Below are positions 61,169 to 64,000 of a DNA stretch of 64,000 nt, in pieces. This stretch comes from Candidatus Latescibacterota bacterium (GTDB taxonomy: Bacteria; Latescibacterota; UBA2968; UBA8231), in contig CBDETY010000003.1 of NCBI GenBank assembly GCA_965243025.1, forward strand, positions 3,360,001 through 3,424,000, in the 5' to 3' direction. A model generated the notes under the pieces. It searched no databases and was not told the origin of the DNA. It worked only from the letters and a program-made list of their open reading frames with translations. How positions within the stretch are numbered: the stretch's first letter is position 1; the number at the start of each line of letters is the position of its first letter. Made by a program: the position numbers and the translations under genes.

Positions 61169-61269
61169 CCCCCGACAACACCGGAGCCACCCTCCCACCC
61201 GCGAACCGGCCGTTACCACGCCATTCTCCGCGCAACCCTCGGCAACCCCGACAAAAAGGAGCTGAAGCG

Positions 61270-62409
61270 ATGATCAAGTCCGTCCTCTTCCGGGAAGACA
61301 ACGTGTACAAGGCCTTCCCCGACCTCGTCGAGTGCGGCGACGGCACCTGGGTGTGCATCTACCGGGAGAGCCTCGGCCACACCGCCCTCCCGTTCGGACG
61401 CATCGCCTGCCACCTCAGCCACGACGGCGGCCGCACCTGGAGCGACAAGGCCGTCGTCGACGAGGTGACCGACCCGGAGACCGAAGGCCGGCTCAACAAC
61501 CCGCGCCTGCTCGCCCTCGACGGCTCCGAGCTGCTGATCATCTGCGACCTGCTGCCCCGTCTCGAGCCGGAGGAACACCCCGACTCCGAGATCTTCATCT
61601 ACCGCTCGACCGACTCGGGGCGCACCTGGTCCGGGCGCGCCTCGACCGGGATCAGGGGCCACATCTGCCCCTGCATCTTCCGCACCCGGGCCGGCGAAAT
61701 CATCATCGGCGGCGACCGCGTCGGAGCCCGCGACGACCCGGACGCGGTCTGGCTGCACAACGCCTTCACCTCGACCGACGGCGGACGCACCTGGGGGCCG
61801 GCGGTCCACGTCTGCTCCGACCCGGAGCTGTGGCTCAACGAGGGGACCTACGTCGAGCTCGACGACGGCACCCTGGTCTGCTACCTGCGCGAGGACCTGA
61901 AGCGCGCCATCGGTTACAAGGCGATTTCGCGGGACCGCGGCAGGACCTGGTCCGGCCCCTTTCCCACCTTCCTGACCTGCTGCGTCGGCAGGCCGCGGGC
62001 CGGCATCCTGCGCAGCGGCGAGGTCGCCATCGTCCACGGGTTCCAGCGCCTGACGCCGCCGCGCAACCTCGTGCTCCACGTCGAGACCCAGGAGATCGCC
62101 GCCGACCCGGACTGCGCCGCCAACCGCGCCCGCCAGGCCGGCCACCGGTATTTCTTCATCGACCACGACCGCAGCATCCACTGCGACGGCGCCTACTCCG
62201 GGTGGGTGCAGAGGCCCTCCGGGGACCTGTTCGTCGTGCAGTACATCAACGACGACGGGCCGTACGCCCACATCCGCGGCTACGAGATCGGCCGCTCCGA
62301 CTGGATCCTCTGTCCCGAGGGGGACCTTCTACTGGAGCCGCCGCGCTGGCCGGGTTACACCGACAGGGCCGCGGAGGCGAGCGGGGAGTTGTATGGAAAG
62401 GGGGGATGA
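61270..62409 (+). CDS. Sialidase-like BNR/Asp-box beta-propeller glycosidase
   Basis: Asp boxes SHDGGRTW, STDSGRTW, STDGGRTW, SRDRGRTW; AFP, YRE, NE, LRE, AY. Confidence 0.85.
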   Translation: MIKSVLFREDNVYKAFPDLVECGDGTWVCIYRESLGHTALPFGRIACHLSHDGGRTWSDKAVVDEVTDPETEGRLNNPRLLALDGSELLIICDLLPRLEPEEHPDSEIFIYRSTDSGRTWSGRASTGIRGHICPCIFRTRAGEIIIGGDRVGARDDPDAVWLHNAFTSTDGGRTWGPAVHVCSDPELWLNEGTYVELDDGTLVCYLREDLKRAIGYKAISRDRGRTWSGPFPTFLTCCVGRPRAGILRSGEVAIVHGFQRLTPPRNLVLHVETQEIAADPDCAANRARQAGHRYFFIDHDRSIHCDGAYSGWVQRPSGDLFVVQYINDDGPYAHIRGYEIGRSDWILCPEGDLLLEPPRWPGYTDRAAEASGELYGKGG

Positions 62410-62652
62410 TTTGGGGCGGTCCAGGGCAGGTCAGCTGCCGCCGCCGCTTCGCCGCCATTGCTTTCGCTTTTTCCGCGGCTTCCGACCCGGGCGGCCGGTG
62501 GTACGGAGCATTATGCGGGACCCCTGGTTCATTTTGTACCGCGGGAATTGCCGGGACCGCCCTGGGCAAGTCAGCTCCGCAGCGGCTGACGGTAAAGCTT
62601 CGAAAGGACGAGGCTGACGGGTGGCGCCCAACCGATCACCGCGCCCGAGGGA

Positions 62653-62824
62653 CCCCTGACTACCCTTCCCCGCCAGCAATCACTCCGCCGGGGCACGGGG
62701 TTGTCGGCAGTCGCCGCCGCGACGTGAAAGTGGATGGGCATCTTTGCGGAAAGGTCAGCGAGGCCCCGCCTCAATCCGTTAGAAGCAGGGCTGCAACCGG
62801 CTCCCCTGACTACCCTTCCCCGCC
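62653..62824. repeat. 22-bp exact direct repeat, 150 bp apart, with degenerate extension
   Basis: CCCCTGACTACCCTTCCCCGCC at 62653 and 62803. Confidence 0.8.
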
Positions 62825-62924
62825 CGATCACCCGCTGGGCTTGGGTTGCCCGGAGATTCCCCGGCAGTCCCGGCGACGACGGAGGTAAGCTGAAAGGAAG
62901 GTTTTGCGGCTTGACGCGGTCGCC

Positions 62925-63572
62925 CTACCCGATCCCGAGCGCCGCAAGAACCGCCTGCCAGTCGCGGCAGCGGGTGATCAGCGGATGGGCGTCGGCTTCC
63001 GGGTCGCGGTTCCAGGGGCGGTCCATCAGCAGCACCGGGGTGCGCATGCTCCCGGCCAGTATGCGCGCCATCCCGAGGTGATCCTCGACCGCGGCGCGGA
63101 ACTTCATTGCAGCCAGCTCCTCCAGCGACAGCAGCCCGGCCGGGTCGACGGGAAAGGCCTCCTCCTGCTGCATTTTCCCGTACTTGTCGACGAACAGCAG
63201 CTCGTCGTGCGGCACCCCGCGGTCGGCGAGCCAGGCCCGGGTCAGCTCTCTCGAAGCGGCCGGCCTGCCGGTGACCACCCAGACCTCGATGCCGCGGGCG
63301 CGGCAGGCGGCCAGGCTCTCGACCGCCCCCTCCCGAAGCGCCACGCCTGACAGCACGTCCGCCTCGTTGGAGCGCCGGTAGAAATCCGCGGTTTCCTCCG
63401 CGTCCATGCCGAATACGGCGTCGAGATCGAAGGAGGTCACCTCCTCGAAGGGGACCCTCAGGCCGTACTCCTGCTCGGCCATGACCAGCAGCCGCTGCGC
63501 GGTCTCGCCGATGACGTCGTCGAGGTCTACGTAGAGTCTGTCGGGAAGGGTAATCGGTTTGTTATCTTGCAT
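62925..63572 (-). CDS. HAD-family 5'(3')-nucleotidase-like protein
   Basis: VDLDDVI, VTGR, VED, DRPWN. Confidence 0.8.
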   Translation of the reverse strand: MQDNKPITLPDRLYVDLDDVIGETAQRLLVMAEQEYGLRVPFEEVTSFDLDAVFGMDAEETADFYRRSNEADVLSGVALREGAVESLAACRARGIEVWVVTGRPAASRELTRAWLADRGVPHDELLFVDKYGKMQQEEAFPVDPAGLLSLEELAAMKFRAAVEDHLGMARILAGSMRTPVLLMDRPWNRDPEADAHPLITRCRDWQAVLAALGIG

Positions 63573-63574
63573 TC

Positions 63575-63778
63575 ATGAACTCAGAAAACAGGCAGTGGAT
63601 CGAGGACCTTCTCGCCCAGGGTCGTTCCCCGGAGGAGGTTCGGGACTACCTCCACCAGGTCGGAATCGATATTCCCCTGGACTCTATCGAGAACCTGCAC
63701 GGCCAATCCCAGCGTCAGAAATTCATGACGAAGGCAGAGAGACTGGGGCGGGCTTCCTTTCGCGGCCGAAAGGGATAA
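63575..63778 (+). CDS. Small hypothetical protein
   Basis: Protein-like 67-aa ORF upstream of the hydroxylase gene. Confidence 0.45.
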   Translation: MNSENRQWIEDLLAQGRSPEEVRDYLHQVGIDIPLDSIENLHGQSQRQKFMTKAERLGRASFRGRKG

Positions 63779-63794
63779 ACCGGCCGCCCTTATT

Positions 63795-64000
63795 GTGACG
63801 TCGATCGCCGAACAGCGGGGCAGCCTGACTCAGCTTGCGGTTCCCGCGGCCATCTTCCTGCCGCTGGCCGCGGGCCTCTGCGCATGGGCCGCCGGCGGCA
63901 TGCCGCCCGCCCGGCTCTGCGGCCTGATCGCGGCCGGGCTGCTGACTTGGACCCTCGTCGAGTACCTCGTTCACCGCATCCTCTTCCACCTCGAATCGCA
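63795..64000 (+). CDS. Fatty acid hydroxylase/sterol desaturase family, 5' part (runs off the window)
   Basis: Manually translated: GLLTWTLVEYLVHRILFH His box. Confidence 0.8.
   Translation, partial: MTSIAEQRGSLTQLAVPAAIFLPLAAGLCAWAAGGMPPARLCGLIAAGLLTWTLVEYLVHRILFHLES

Noticed and set aside
62580-62625. Hammerhead-like CTGA..GAAA segment
   Set aside because: Core reads CTGACGG rather than CUGANGA, and the required stems are not evident.
60541-62824. CRISPR array interpretation of the intergenic repeats
   Set aside because: Too few or too degenerate repeats, period too long, and no cas genes.

Overview
GC-rich bacterial window with about 55 genes and no rRNA, tRNA or CRISPR array that I can support. 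The content is accessory and metabolic. It holds many toxin-antitoxin and defence modules: an orphan XRE antitoxin, Xre-RES, Fic, a decayed HigBA, Phd-RelE, MNT-HEPN, and an AbiE-like pair followed by an Mrr-type endonuclease. Transport genes include an RND efflux operon whose first gene is an apparent in-frame TetR-TolC fusion, a sigma-54/NtrC-controlled MacAB-like exporter with readable promoter and enhancer sites, and several ABC exporters. Metabolic genes include nrfHA with a CxxCH first heme, a COG4337 carbonic anhydrase-like protein, four PhyH-type Fe(II)/2OG oxygenases (two lacking the HxD carboxylate), a sulfatase, two enolase-superfamily enzymes, arsM, a stand-alone A-T-R NRPS-like reductase resembling glycine betaine reductase, and an Asp-box glycosidase. 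Non-coding structure includes a 220-bp nested-palindrome MITE-like element and a degenerate ~120-bp tandem array. The gene mix resembles Gemmatimonadota/Latescibacterota-type marine or sponge symbionts (inference only). All calls come from motif recognition; no database searches were run.
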